A stretch of 64,000 bases of DNA from Xanthobacteraceae bacterium (GCA_036555745.1 DATBKV010000138.1:14853-78852), one strand, 5' to 3'; shown: positions 19,550 to 31,374, numbered from the stretch's first letter. A program made the numbers and translations. The notes: generated by a model from the sequence alone, not told the origin.

Positions 19550-21333
19550 ATTGCCGGCAGCAGCACGATGAAGCGCGCACCCAGCACCAGCAGCGTCCCA
19601 TCAGCGGCGGGAGAGGCGTGATAGCGGTTCTCGACCCAGATGCGTCCGCCGTGCGCCTCGATGATCTGCTTGGAAATGGAAAGACCGAGACCGGAATTCT
19701 GGCCGAACGCCTGCTCCGGCCGGTGCGTGTAGAAACGCTCGAAGATCTTCTCCTTGGCTTCCTCCGGCACGCCGGGCCCGTCATCGTCGACGATGGTGAC
19801 CACATCAGCCTTCACCCGCCGGCAGGTGATGCGCACGCTGGCGCCTGAGGGCGAGAACGAGCGCGCATTGGCGATCAGGTTGTCGATCACTTGCCCGAGC
19901 CGGGAGTCGTTCCCGAGCACGGTGAAGGCCGCGGGACGGCCGCCTTCGAAATTCAACTCCACGCTCACGCCGTCGTCCTGCAGCTCGTTGGCGACGTTGG
20001 TCACGGTCGTCAGCAGCTGGACCAGATTGACCGGATGCGCCTCGTGGCGCTGCATCTCGGCATCGAGGCGGCTGGCGTCGGAAATGTCCGAGATCAGCCG
20101 ATCGAGCCGCTTCACATCGTGCTGGATGACCGAGAGCAGGCGGCTGCGGCTGTCGTCGGTCTTGGCCAGGGGCAGCGTCTCGACCGCCGAGCGCAGCGAG
20201 GTGAGGGGATTCTTGAGCTCGTGCGCCACGTCGGCGGCGAAGCGCTCGATCGCCTCGATCCGGCTGTAGAGCGCGTCGGTCATATCGCGCAGCGTGCCCG
20301 ACAAGTGCCCGATCTCGTCGCGGCGGTGGCTCAGGTCGGGAATTTCCACGCGCGAGCGGATACGCCGCCGCACCAGCTGGGCGCTTTCGGCGAGCCGGCG
20401 CACCGGGCCGGCTATGGTGCCGGCGAGCAGGAACGAGAGCACCCACATGACCCCGGCGGCGATCAGAAATACCTTGAAGATGGCGAGCCGCTCGGCGCCG
20501 ACCATGTTGTCGATGTCGGCGCCCTGGGTCGACAGCATCAGCGCGCCGCGCACGGCGCGGAAGCGCTGTACCGGCACCGCGACCGAGACGATCACCTCGC
20601 CGCGCTCGTTGATGCGCACCATGCTCGACTTGAAGCCCTGCAGGGCGTTGCCGACCTCGCCATAGCCCTTGCCGTTCTGAGGCGCGAGCTCGTGATAGAG
20701 CGGCAAGGTCCCGCGACTGAACCAGGTGCGAATGGCGACATAGGCGCGCTCGAGAAAGCCCGGCTTGCGGCTCGGCGGCGGCAGGTCGAAACGCAGGACG
20801 TCGTAGAGATTGCGGCTGTCGAGAATGAGCACCCCGTCGCGGTCGTAGATGCGTGCCCGGGTGTTGGTCGGAGATACCAGGCGGCGCAGCACCGGCCCGA
20901 CCCGCTCTGGATTGATCGGGAACTCGAGTCCGGACAGCGCCTCGTCGGAAGGTCCGTAGCTTTCGCCGGCTTGCAACTCGAGCAGGCGCTCGGGGTCGAT
21001 GGTGATGGTGTCGGTCTCCACCGTCGCCGAGGCGGCGATGGCGCCAGCGATGATCTCCCCCTGCACCAGCAGGCTCTGGATGCGCGCATCGATCAGGCCG
21101 GCGCGGAATTGCGAGAGATAGAGAATTCCGATCACCAGCGCGAGCAGCCCGGTGACGTTGAGAAAGACGATGCGGCGGGTCAGGCTCGAGAAGGTCAGGC
21201 GGACGAAGAGGTACCAGCCCTGATGCAGCAGCTCGGCAAGCCGACGGCGACCTCTCGCGAGCGGCGGCTCGCTTTCGTCCGCCCGCTCCGGCGCGACGTC
21301 GGTCTTAAAACTCTCCGGCGTTCGATTGAGCAC
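19546..21333 (-). CDS. chvG: Envelope-stress sensor histidine kinase ChvG/ExoS
   Basis: Two TM helices flank a periplasmic domain, followed by HAMP. H-box FAADVAHELKNPLTSL; HATPase DDDGPGVP...GLGLSISKQI. It lies downstream of chvI. Confidence 0.85.
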   Translation of the reverse strand: MLNRTPESFKTDVAPERADESEPPLARGRRRLAELLHQGWYLFVRLTFSSLTRRIVFLNVTGLLALVIGILYLSQFRAGLIDARIQSLLVQGEIIAGAIAASATVETDTITIDPERLLELQAGESYGPSDEALSGLEFPINPERVGPVLRRLVSPTNTRARIYDRDGVLILDSRNLYDVLRFDLPPPSRKPGFLERAYVAIRTWFSRGTLPLYHELAPQNGKGYGEVGNALQGFKSSMVRINERGEVIVSVAVPVQRFRAVRGALMLSTQGADIDNMVGAERLAIFKVFLIAAGVMWVLSFLLAGTIAGPVRRLAESAQLVRRRIRSRVEIPDLSHRRDEIGHLSGTLRDMTDALYSRIEAIERFAADVAHELKNPLTSLRSAVETLPLAKTDDSRSRLLSVIQHDVKRLDRLISDISDASRLDAEMQRHEAHPVNLVQLLTTVTNVANELQDDGVSVELNFEGGRPAAFTVLGNDSRLGQVIDNLIANARSFSPSGASVRITCRRVKADVVTIVDDDGPGVPEEAKEKIFERFYTHRPEQAFGQNSGLGLSISKQIIEAHGGRIWVENRYHASPAADGTLLVLGARFIVLLPAM

Positions 21334-21443
21334 GTTGGTCTGCCGGTTGCACGCCCCCAGTCAAAGCCGCGCCGGCGTCGAACGCAGCGGCACAGGTCTC
21401 GAGGATGTCGTAGAACGCCAACCCCCGATCGCGTTCCTCGGCC

Positions 21444-22145
21444 TTACATCTCCTTGAACCGATAGCCGACGCCGTAGAGCGTCTCGATCATGTCGAAGTC
21501 GTTATCGGTCCCCTTGAACTTCTTGCGCAGTCGCTTGATGTGGCTGTCGATGGTACGGTCATCGACATAGACTTGGTCGTCATAGGCCGCGTCCATCAGC
21601 GCGTTGCGGCTCTTGACCACGCCGGGCCGGCTCGCAAGCGCCTGCAGGATGAGGAACTCGGTTACGGTCAGCGTCACCGGCTCGTTCTTCCAGGTGCAGG
21701 TGTGGCGCTCCGGATCCATCCGCAGCAGGCCGCGCTCCAATACCTTGCTGGCATCGGTCTCCTTCGGCGCGCTGCCGTCCTTCGGCGTCGAACGCCGCAG
21801 GATCGCCTTCACGCGCTCGACCAGAAGACGTTGCGAGAATGGTTTGCGGATGAAATCGTCGGCACCCATCTTGAGCCCGAACAATTCGTCGATCTCCTCG
21901 TCCTTGGAGGTGAGGAAGATGACCGGCATGTCGGACTTCTGGCGCAGGCGCCGCAGGGTCTCCATTCCGTCCATGCGCGGCATCTTGATGTCGAGAATGG
22001 CCAGATCGGGCGGCGAGGTTTTGAAGCCGTCGAGCGCGGATGCGCCATCGGTATAGGTCATGATGCGATAGCCTTCGGCCTCGAGCGCGATCGAGACCGA
22101 GGTGAGGATATTGCGATCGTCGTCGACGAGAGCGATGGTCGGCAT
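21444..22145 (-). CDS. chvI: OmpR-family response regulator ChvI
   Basis: [14 protein letters not shown]...[15 protein letters not shown] is the receiver domain with an Asp pocket. Winged-helix C-terminus ...[11 protein letters not shown]. Confidence 0.9.
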   Translation of the reverse strand: MPTIALVDDDRNILTSVSIALEAEGYRIMTYTDGASALDGFKTSPPDLAILDIKMPRMDGMETLRRLRQKSDMPVIFLTSKDEEIDELFGLKMGADDFIRKPFSQRLLVERVKAILRRSTPKDGSAPKETDASKVLERGLLRMDPERHTCTWKNEPVTLTVTEFLILQALASRPGVVKSRNALMDAAYDDQVYVDDRTIDSHIKRLRKKFKGTDNDFDMIETLYGVGYRFKEM

Positions 22146-22592
22146 GAAGCCCCTTATCCCTCACATTCGCCCCGGACTTGAAGCCCGGAAAGCAAGGCCG
22201 AAATGTGGCAATTCCCTGACAAACTCGTGATTCGTCAACGGGTTTCCGAGCATAGCGGGCATCGGGCCTGCCCGCCAAGGCAAAGTTGACGCGCCGAGGG
22301 GTGGTCGCGCCGCGCTTTTGCGCGGCCCGCGCCTCCCCTGCATACTCTGGCCGCTGTCCGCCGGGGCCGCCAATGCAAACACCTATTGGCCGCAACCCCG
22401 CGCCGCCGCCACCAAGCGCCGCCGATGTCAGCCGCGCTCTCTCGGCGGCGACCAGGAAGAGAATCGAGCTGCAGCTTGATCGTACATGGCGGAGCAGGTG
22501 CACGCCGCGTGAGCGAACCAAGCTGGGGGCGGACGGAGCAGAGAGTGGGGTGAGCCGCATCCGGTTGCCGGGCCGCAGCTTGAAGCGGCTGC

Positions 22593-22624
22593 GATCGTGA
22601 CGCGAACTGCGCCGCGTCACGATC
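22593..22624. other. Perfect 12-bp-stem hairpin/inverted repeat in the 667-bp chvI-pckA intergenic region
   Basis: GATCGTGACGCG-aactgcgc-CGCGTCACGATC. There is no flanking T-run on either strand. Confidence 0.5.
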
Positions 22625-22812
22625 TGCTGCGACGCAGCATCGCCGCCGTCGCTTGCACCACGTCCATTGCCCATCGTGCTTGGCATCGCGCGCGACGCCA
22701 ATTATAGGGGTCGCGGGATCGCGGGGCCGGCGCTATCATCAGCCCAGCCGCTACAGATCGCAATCAGGAGCAGTCCCGGCACATCGGCCGGAGGCGTCGT
22801 GGAGGTTTTTTC

Positions 22813-24426
<1,614 letters not shown>

Positions 24427-24461
24427 GGCGCGACGAGCTTTCCGGCCCTCACAGGGCCGCG

Positions 24462-26135
24462 TCAGCCGCGGGCAGGAGCGAGCCGGTTGAAACGCTCCTT
24501 CTGCTCATCGCTCAGCGAGCTGTAGAACTTCTCGAGCGCGGGCTCCACCATGTCGGTCGCGCGCAGCATGGCGTCGAGCCGTTGTTCCATCGCTTGCAGG
24601 CGGACGACCGGCGTGAGCGGGCGATAGGTGGGACAGTCCGATTTGAGCAGATCGATCGCCTGGGACGTCGCGTCCTGCAGCTCGCGCAGCGCGCTCTGCT
24701 GATCCTGATCCGGCCGCATGGTGCGCTCGATACGTTTCAGCGGCAGCTGTGCGATGCCGGCCGCACGCCCGCCGCACACCTGCGAGAGCTCGCGCGATGA
24801 TTGCTGTCGGCTGTCGTCGGGATTGAGTGCGTTGAAGCGCGCCTTCTGCTCGTCGTCGAGCGATTGGTAGAGCTTCTCCATAGGCGGCAGCAGGATTCGA
24901 ACCGCCTCGAGCATGGCCGCGAGCCGCTGGCGCATGGCCTCGATCCTACCCGTGGGGGTGCTCGGCAGCTCGCTCGGACACGACGCCTTGAGAACGTCGA
25001 GCGCCTTCGCCGTGGCGGTTTTGAGCTCGTCGAGCGCCGCGCGCTGGGCGTCGTTCGGCTCGATGGTTTGCGCGATCCGCTCGATCGGCCAGTCCGTCAG
25101 TCCCGCGGTCTGTCCGCTGCAGAGGTCGGTCGTCACGCTGCGGCTGCCGCCGCTGGCCGCGCCGCGGCCGACCGTGGCATAGCCGGCGTCATAGCCCTGG
25201 GCATAGGCCCCAAACATGCCGTCGTAGAGATCTTCATAGGCATAGGGCCAGAACGCGTCGTAGGCGTAAGGATAGAAGGTATAGTCAACGAAATCATCGT
25301 AGGCATAGGGCCAGAACAGCGGGCCGACCCAGCCGATCACCGCGGGATAGGCGTAACGGCGGCCCCATCCCCGATCGAAGAATCGGCCTTGGAACTTGGA
25401 GCGCGCCAGCGCGCGCACCGAAGGATCGCGCGCCGCGGACTGGTCGGCGAAGGAAGGGTTGCGCAACACGTGACCCGCGAGCGCCCGGTTGCCGCCCGCG
25501 CGCTGGAACGCGCGGCCCGCCTGCCGTTGCGCGGCGGCGCTTGGGGGCGTGGCGTTTCGCCCGATGCGCGGCGAAGGTCCCCCTGCGCCGGGCTTGCGCG
25601 CGAGATTGCCGCGCGCCTTGGGTTGGGCAAGCCTCGGTTCACCGCCGGCACCGGCATTGCGCGCGCCGGCCTGCGGTGGCTGCCGCTCCGGCGGCGCGAA
25701 CGCTCGCTGCGCCGCGCCCTTTTGCGGGCCGCTGGCGGGGCGCGCGAGCCGCTGTGGCGCGGCGTGCGGTGCTTGCGGGTGAGGCGCAGCATGGCGTGCT
25801 TGCAGGCGAGGCGCAGCGTGCGGCGCTTGCAGGTGAGGGCCGGCATGGCGCGCTTGCAGGTGAGGCGCGGCGCGGGGTGGTGCGAGATGCGGAGCGGCGA
25901 AGTGCGGCGCCGCCACGTGCGGTGCCGCATGAGGCTGCGCAGCCACGTGCGGCGCGGCAACATGCGGGGCGGGCCGCGGTGCGGCGGCGTGCGGCGCCGG
26001 TGCCGGATGGGGAGCGGCGCCGCCGTGCCCGCCCGGGCCTCCGCCCTTAGGTGGTGCCGCAGCCGGGCTGGCGATCACCATGCCGGCGGAGACCGCAATG
26101 AGAAGCACCTTGATGCGCGTGCGCGATTGCAGCAT
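24462..26135 (-). CDS. Exported modular protein: His-rich (A/P)PH repeats, aromatic-acidic WPYAYD repeats, and two tandem CpxP/Spy-like (LTXXQ-type) modules
   Basis: Sec signal MLQSRTRIKVLLIAVSAGMVIASPAAA. Residues about 37-127 are APH/PHV/PHLQA repeats. Residues 261-320 contain the WPYAYD-type repeats. Residues 338-437 and 453-552 are paralogous helical modules ending L[DS]DEQK[AE]RFN. Confidence 0.7.
   Translation of the reverse strand: MLQSRTRIKVLLIAVSAGMVIASPAAAPPKGGGPGGHGGAAPHPAPAPHAAAPRPAPHVAAPHVAAQPHAAPHVAAPHFAAPHLAPPRAAPHLQARHAGPHLQAPHAAPRLQARHAAPHPQAPHAAPQRLARPASGPQKGAAQRAFAPPERQPPQAGARNAGAGGEPRLAQPKARGNLARKPGAGGPSPRIGRNATPPSAAAQRQAGRAFQRAGGNRALAGHVLRNPSFADQSAARDPSVRALARSKFQGRFFDRGWGRRYAYPAVIGWVGPLFWPYAYDDFVDYTFYPYAYDAFWPYAYEDLYDGMFGAYAQGYDAGYATVGRGAASGGSRSVTTDLCSGQTAGLTDWPIERIAQTIEPNDAQRAALDELKTATAKALDVLKASCPSELPSTPTGRIEAMRQRLAAMLEAVRILLPPMEKLYQSLDDEQKARFNALNPDDSRQQSSRELSQVCGGRAAGIAQLPLKRIERTMRPDQDQQSALRELQDATSQAIDLLKSDCPTYRPLTPVVRLQAMEQRLDAMLRATDMVEPALEKFYSSLSDEQKERFNRLAPARG
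25755..26027 (-). repeat. Degenerate ~27-nt in-frame tandem repeat encoding the (A/P)PH / PHLQA(R/P)HA motif
   Basis: Repeated DNA units gcg(c/t)ttgcagg(t/c)gagg(c/g)... are visible on the plus strand. They translate to APHVAAPHVAAQPHAAPHVAAPHFAAPHLAPPRAAPHLQARHAGPHLQAPHAAPRLQARHAAPHPQAPHAAP. Confidence 0.6.
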
Positions 26136-26289
26136 GACACCGGACTCCTGCCTTCGCCGGCTGGTTAACGCTTGAAGCGGTGCGCTGGTTTCGCCCGGAG
26201 GGGCGGGCGTGGAACACGTGGGCGCCCGCGGATCATCTGATCCCGTGGCGATCGGCTCCCGGCCGCCGTCCGAAATGGAGAGCGTGGAG

Positions 26290-27285
26290 ATGCGTCAGGT
26301 GCGATTGGGCCGCGGCGGCCCGCAGGTCTCCGAAATGGCGCTCGGCTGCATGGGCATGTCGGGCGGCTACGGCCGCGCCGACGATGCCGAGTCGATTGCG
26401 ACGATCCATGCCGCGCTCGAGGCCGGCATCACGATGTTCGATACCGGCGACTTCTACGGCGCAGGCCACAACGAGATGCTGATCAGAGAGGCGCTCGCCG
26501 GCGGCAAGCGCGAGCGCGCCTTCATCGCCGTCAAGTTCGGCGCCTTGCGCTCACCGGATCTCAACTTCCTCGGCGACGACGGCCGGCCGAATTCGGTGAA
26601 GAACTTTCTCGCCTATTCACTGCGCAGGCTCGGAACGGACTACGTCGACCTTTATCAGCCGGCGCGGCTCGACCCCACGGTGCCGATCGAGGACACGATC
26701 GGCGCCATCGCCGACATGGTCAAGGCCGGTTATGTCCGCCACGTCGGGCTCTCGGAGGTCTCGGCGAAATCGATCCGCCGCGCGCATGCGGTCCATCCCA
26801 TCGCCGCGCTGCAGACCGAATATTCGCTGCTCAGCCGGGACATCGAGAAGGACATCCTGCCGACCATTCGCGAGCTCGGCATCGCGCTCGTCGCCTACGG
26901 CGTGCTCTCGCGCGGGCTGATCAGCGACGGCGCGCAGGCGTCGCGGGAGGCCGGCGAGATCCGCACCCGCATGCCGCGCTTCGCGGCCGAGAACTTTCCG
27001 CGCAACCTGGCACTCGTGCGCGCGCTGGCGGCGATCGCCCGCGAGAAGAACGCCTCGACCGCGCAACTCGCTTTCGCCTGGATGCGTGCGCGCGGCGACG
27101 ACGTCGTGACGCTGGTCGGCGCGCGCCGTCGCGACCAGCTGAGCGAGGCGGTAGGCGCGCTCGCGGTGACGCTCACCTCCGCCGACCTCGCACGCATCGG
27201 CGAGGCGGTGCCGGCCGAGGCGGTGGCGGGCACCCGCTATCTCCCCGCCGTGCTCGCCCATATGGACAGCGAGCAGCCGAGCTAG
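26290..27285 (+). CDS. Aldo/keto reductase
   Basis: MRQVRLGRGGPQVSEMALGCMGMSGGYG...FDTGDFYG...YVDLYQ...VRHVGLSE. The ORF is open from 26209. Confidence 0.85.
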   Translation: MRQVRLGRGGPQVSEMALGCMGMSGGYGRADDAESIATIHAALEAGITMFDTGDFYGAGHNEMLIREALAGGKRERAFIAVKFGALRSPDLNFLGDDGRPNSVKNFLAYSLRRLGTDYVDLYQPARLDPTVPIEDTIGAIADMVKAGYVRHVGLSEVSAKSIRRAHAVHPIAALQTEYSLLSRDIEKDILPTIRELGIALVAYGVLSRGLISDGAQASREAGEIRTRMPRFAAENFPRNLALVRALAAIAREKNASTAQLAFAWMRARGDDVVTLVGARRRDQLSEAVGALAVTLTSADLARIGEAVPAEAVAGTRYLPAVLAHMDSEQPS

Positions 27286-27294
27286 TCTCGCGAG

Positions 27295-28179
27295 TTAGCG
27301 GGTTATCAGCGTGCCGGCGCCGTGGTCGGTGAGAAGCTCGAGCAGCACCGCGTGCGGCACCTTGCCGTCGAGAATGACCACGCCCTCCACGCCGGCCTCG
27401 AGCGCGTAAATGCAGGTCTCCACCTTGGGAATCATGCCGCCTGAGATGGTGCCGTCGGCGATCAGCGCCCGCGCCTCGTCGGTCGAGAGCTGCTTGATCA
27501 GGCTCTTGGACTTGTCGAGCACGCCGGGAACGTCGGTAAGCAGGAGCAGCCGCTTGGCTTTGAGCGCACCCGCAATCGCGCCGGCGAAGGTATCGGCATT
27601 CACGTTATAGGTGACGCCCTCCTTCGAGGTCGCCAGCGGTGCGAGCACCGGGATGAGGTCGCGGCCGAGGATCTGGTTGAGCACCATGACGTCGACCTTC
27701 TCCGGCTCGCCCACGAAGCCGAGGTCGACGATCTTCTCGATGTTGGAATCGGGATCCAGCACGCTGCGGCTCGCCTTGCGCGCCAGCACCATGTTGCCGT
27801 CCTTGCCGCAGAGCCCGACCGCCTTGCCCCCGGCCTCGTTGATGAAGCCGACGATCTGCTTGTTGATCGAGCCCGCCAGCACCATCTCGACGATCTCGAT
27901 GGTGGCGGCATCGGTGACGCGCAGGCCGCCGGCGAATTCCGACTTGATGCCGAGCCGCTTGAGCATGTCGCCGATCTGCGGTCCGCCGCCGTGCACGACC
28001 ACGGGGTTGATGGCGGTCTGCTCCATCAACACGATATCGCGGGCGAAGCTCTTCGCCGCCTCCTCCTCGCCCATGGCATGGCCGCCGTATTTCACCACGA
28101 CGATCTCCTCGTCGTAGTGCTGCATGTGCGGGAGCGCCTCAGACAGGACGCGCGCGATGTCGTGGGGCGAAACGGTCAT
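27295..28179 (-). CDS. argB: Acetylglutamate kinase
   Basis: VVKYGGHAM...VVHGGGPQI...[12 protein letters not shown]. 294 aa. Confidence 0.95.
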   Translation of the reverse strand: MTVSPHDIARVLSEALPHMQHYDEEIVVVKYGGHAMGEEEAAKSFARDIVLMEQTAINPVVVHGGGPQIGDMLKRLGIKSEFAGGLRVTDAATIEIVEMVLAGSINKQIVGFINEAGGKAVGLCGKDGNMVLARKASRSVLDPDSNIEKIVDLGFVGEPEKVDVMVLNQILGRDLIPVLAPLATSKEGVTYNVNADTFAGAIAGALKAKRLLLLTDVPGVLDKSKSLIKQLSTDEARALIADGTISGGMIPKVETCIYALEAGVEGVVILDGKVPHAVLLELLTDHGAGTLITR

Positions 28180-28429
28180 CGAACTGTGTTCCGGGCGATC
28201 GGGGCGCAGCTTGTGCTCGGTGCCGCCGCGCCTTTTACCGAGCCGGCGCGCCGTGCGGAAGAGGGCTGGCGGACTTGTTCACGCGTACTGCGCCGGCGTC
28301 GAGACGATGCGGCTTGCCGCGCGTGCGCCCCGCAGCCGAGAGCGCATGCCGGCGCCAAGCGTGACGCCCGGAGATTCTCGATGCGCCTATCCTCTCGACG
28401 AACCGGTTGCCACTTCGGCCGAGCGTGCG

Positions 28430-29110
28430 CTACCTCGCCCGCCGTTCCCGGAGCAGGCGCGCGATGGTGGCTCGCAGCTCGGCTATACCGGCGCCGGTCC
28501 GCGCCGAGGTCGCGAGCACGTCGGGGTGGCTGGCGGGATGCTTGCCGAGCGCCGCTTGCACCGCCGAAAGCCGCGACGCCAAAGCCGAGGCCTCGATCTG
28601 GTCGGCTTTGGTCAGCACCACCTGATAGCTGACCGCGGCCTGGTCCAACGTCGCAAGCACGCTCGCGTCCTCCGGCTTGAGGCCGTGGCGGGCGTCGATG
28701 AGCAGATAGACGCGGGCGAGATTGGCACGCCCCCGGAGAAAGGCATGGATCAGCGCGGTCCAGGCCTTGACCTTCAGCTTGGGCGCGGCGGCGTAGCCGT
28801 AGCCGGGCATGTCGACCAGCGTGAGCTTCGCGTCGGAGCTGAAGAAGATCAGTTCCTGCGTGCGGCCGGGGGTGTGCGAGATGCGCGCGAGCGCGCGGCG
28901 ACCGGTGAGCGCGTTGATCAGGCTCGACTTGCCGACGTTGGAGCGGCCGGCGAAAGCGATCTCGAGGTCGCGCATCGACGGCAGCGCCGCGGGCGAGCCG
29001 GCGGCACAGGCGAATTGCCAGTCGCGCGCGAACAGCTTGCGGCCGGCTTCCATGTCGGCGGAAGTGAAAGGCGAGGTGGAAGCCAGCGTCGCTGCCTCCA
29101 GTGCGCTCAT
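28430..29110 (-). CDS. engB: Ribosome-biogenesis GTPase YihA/EngB
   Basis: G1 GRSNVGKSSLIN, G3 DMPGYG, G4 TKADQ. Confidence 0.9.
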   Translation of the reverse strand: MSALEAATLASTSPFTSADMEAGRKLFARDWQFACAAGSPAALPSMRDLEIAFAGRSNVGKSSLINALTGRRALARISHTPGRTQELIFFSSDAKLTLVDMPGYGYAAAPKLKVKAWTALIHAFLRGRANLARVYLLIDARHGLKPEDASVLATLDQAAVSYQVVLTKADQIEASALASRLSAVQAALGKHPASHPDVLATSARTGAGIAELRATIARLLRERRAR

Positions 29111-29123
29111 GACGACGAGCCGC

Positions 29124-31019
29124 TCACACCTGCGTTTTCTTCACAAACGGACTCTTCAAGGCCTCCCACCCGCTCTTGAGCAGGCCTTTCAAGCTCGCGC
29201 CGACGCCCTTGAGGTTGTCCCAAAGCTCGATCTTGGCGCCGTGGCGGTGCATGATCACGCTCTGCTGCGTGACCGACAGCGTGTTGTTCCAGGCCCAGTA
29301 GATCACCAGCCCGGCCGGGAAGTTCGCCAGCATGAACGTGAAGATGATCGGCATGTAGTTGAAGATCATCGCCTGCGTCGGATCGGGCGGCGGCGGATTG
29401 AGCTTCATCTGCAGCCACATGGTCACGCCCATGATCAGCGGCCAGATCCCGAGCAGGAGGAAATGCCCGATGACCGGGACCTGCGAAGGATCCCAGGGGA
29501 TCAGCCCGAACAGATTGAAGACCGTGGTCGGGTCGGGCGCGGACAGATCCTTGATCCAGCCGAAGAACGGTGCGTGCCGCATCTCGATGGTGATGAACAG
29601 CACCTTGTACAGTGAGAAGAAGACCGGGATCTGGATGATGATCGGCAGGCAGCCGGCGACCGGATTGATCTTCTCCTTCCGGTAGAGCTCCATCATGGCC
29701 TGCTGCTGCTTCATCTTGTCGTCGGCGAAGCGCTCGCGGATCGCCATCATCTCCGGCTGCACCGCCTTCATCTTCGCCATCGAGGCGTAAGACTTGTTGG
29801 CCAGCGGGAAGAACAAAAGCTTGATGAGCACGGTGATGATCAGGATGGCGACGCCGAAGTTCCCGACCTGCCGGTAGGTCCAGTCGAGCGCCAGGAACAT
29901 CGGCTTGGTGATGAACCGGAAGTAGCCCCAGTCGATGAGCAGCTCGAACCGGTTGAGCTTGAGCTGCTGGTCGTAATTGTCGATGACCTCGACCTCCTTG
30001 GCGCCGGCGAACAGGCGCCGCTCGACGGCGGCGGTGCCGCCCGGTGCGATGGCCTGCGCCGGGCCGAAATAGTCGGTCTGGTAGGTCTTGGTGTTGTTGC
30101 CGATCGTGCCGGTCGAGAACTTGGCGTTCACGCGCGTCTGGGTATCGGGAATGAGCGTGGCGGCCCAATATTTGTCGGTAATGCCGAGCCAGACGTCGGT
30201 GGCGTTGAACGAGACCTCCTTCTTCTTCTCGATGTTGGCGTAGGTTTCCTCCTGCAAGCCCTGGTCGCCGAACACGCCGATCAGCCCCTCGTGCAGGATG
30301 TAATAGCCGAGCGTCTGCGGGGTGCCGTGGCGCGAGATCAGGCCAAAGGGATAAAGCGTGGCGGGCGTTGTCCCCTTGTTGATGACCTCGTCCTTGAGCG
30401 TGAACATGTACTTGTCATCGACCGCGATGGTGCGGCGGAATTCAAGCCCTTCACCGTTGTCGTAGACGAGCGTCACGGGATGCCCGACGGACAGCGCGCC
30501 GGAACCCTCCTGCCGCCACAGCGTATCCGATCCGGGCAGCTTCACCGATGCGCCGCTCGGGGCAAACCAACCGAATTCCGCGTAGAACGGATGCGGGCTG
30601 CCCGAGGGGGCAAGCAGCACGATCGGCGGCGAGTTCGGATTGACGGTCTCGCGGTACTTGATCAGTGACAGATCGTCGATGCGCGCGCCCTTGAGCGCAA
30701 TCGAGCCAGCGAGACTGGGGGTCTCGATCGGCACGCGGGGCGAGGCCGCAAGCGCCGCCTCACGGGTGAGCGTCTGGGGCGGAGTGGCGCCGCCGTGACC
30801 AGGGACTTGCGAGGGCGTCGCCGGCGCGCCGGTCTGCTGCTGCGTGCTCGCGCTTGGCTGCTGCGGGGCGGGCGGCGCCTGCTGCGAACGCTCCTGCGCC
30901 TGCTGCTGCTGGATCTGCTTCTGCTTTTCCATCTGTGGAAAGCCGAAGAAGAACTGCCACGCGATCAGCACCAGTGCCGAAAGCACGATGGCCAAGATAG
31001 TGTTTTTCTGATCGCTCAT
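29124..31019 (-). CDS. yidC: Membrane protein insertase YidC
   Basis: 631 aa with an N-terminal TM helix, a large periplasmic P1 domain, and a conserved C-terminal 5-TM core ...GCLPIIIQIPVFFSLYKVL.... It lies directly downstream of rnpA. Confidence 0.95.
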   Translation of the reverse strand: MSDQKNTILAIVLSALVLIAWQFFFGFPQMEKQKQIQQQQAQERSQQAPPAPQQPSASTQQQTGAPATPSQVPGHGGATPPQTLTREAALAASPRVPIETPSLAGSIALKGARIDDLSLIKYRETVNPNSPPIVLLAPSGSPHPFYAEFGWFAPSGASVKLPGSDTLWRQEGSGALSVGHPVTLVYDNGEGLEFRRTIAVDDKYMFTLKDEVINKGTTPATLYPFGLISRHGTPQTLGYYILHEGLIGVFGDQGLQEETYANIEKKKEVSFNATDVWLGITDKYWAATLIPDTQTRVNAKFSTGTIGNNTKTYQTDYFGPAQAIAPGGTAAVERRLFAGAKEVEVIDNYDQQLKLNRFELLIDWGYFRFITKPMFLALDWTYRQVGNFGVAILIITVLIKLLFFPLANKSYASMAKMKAVQPEMMAIRERFADDKMKQQQAMMELYRKEKINPVAGCLPIIIQIPVFFSLYKVLFITIEMRHAPFFGWIKDLSAPDPTTVFNLFGLIPWDPSQVPVIGHFLLLGIWPLIMGVTMWLQMKLNPPPPDPTQAMIFNYMPIIFTFMLANFPAGLVIYWAWNNTLSVTQQSVIMHRHGAKIELWDNLKGVGASLKGLLKSGWEALKSPFVKKTQV

Positions 31020-31345
31020 TTGGGAACTCGCAGCCGCCGGAGCGCGCGCTTAAAATCCTCACAGATCTGCTCGAAAGGCAGCGACAAGGCGGTGCGCCGT
31101 CCGATCAGCACATAGTCATGGCCGCGCGAAAGACCAGTAGCGGCCGATAGCCTCACGACCTCCCTGAGCCGGCGCCGCACCCGGTTGCGCTCGACCGCGC
31201 TGCCAACCTTGCTTGACACGGTGAAGCCGACTCGTATTGGCCCATTGTCTGCGCGTCTGCGGGCTTGCAAGACGAAGGCTGTGGTCGGCACCTTGGCTCC
31301 GGTCGCCGTCGCCAGGAAATCGGCACGTCGCCTCAGCCGCTCCAT
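31016..31345 (-). CDS. rnpA: RNase P protein component
   Basis: MERLRRRADFLATATGAKV...VGFTVSSKVGSAVERNRVRRRLRE is the RNR motif. There is a 4-nt overlap with yidC. The upstream part of track ORF 31016..31708 is non-coding-like. Confidence 0.8.
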   Translation of the reverse strand: MERLRRRADFLATATGAKVPTTAFVLQARRRADNGPIRVGFTVSSKVGSAVERNRVRRRLREVVRLSAATGLSRGHDYVLIGRRTALSLPFEQICEDFKRALRRLRVPK

Positions 31346-31374
31346 CGCGACGACGCCGGCCGCGCCGGCGGACG

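Noticed and set aside
22286-22600. 104-aa ORF (75 codons from the ATG at 22373) in the chvI-pckA intergenic region
   Set aside because: No recognisable family, no obvious RBS, and only intermediate GC3 (about 75%). It is kept only as a possibility within the intergenic-region finding.
25755-26027. Possible CRISPR-like or intergenic tandem repeat array
   Set aside because: The ~27-nt repeats are contiguous with no spacers, in frame, and lie inside a long ORF with a signal peptide. They are coding repeats (APH/PHLQA), not a CRISPR array.
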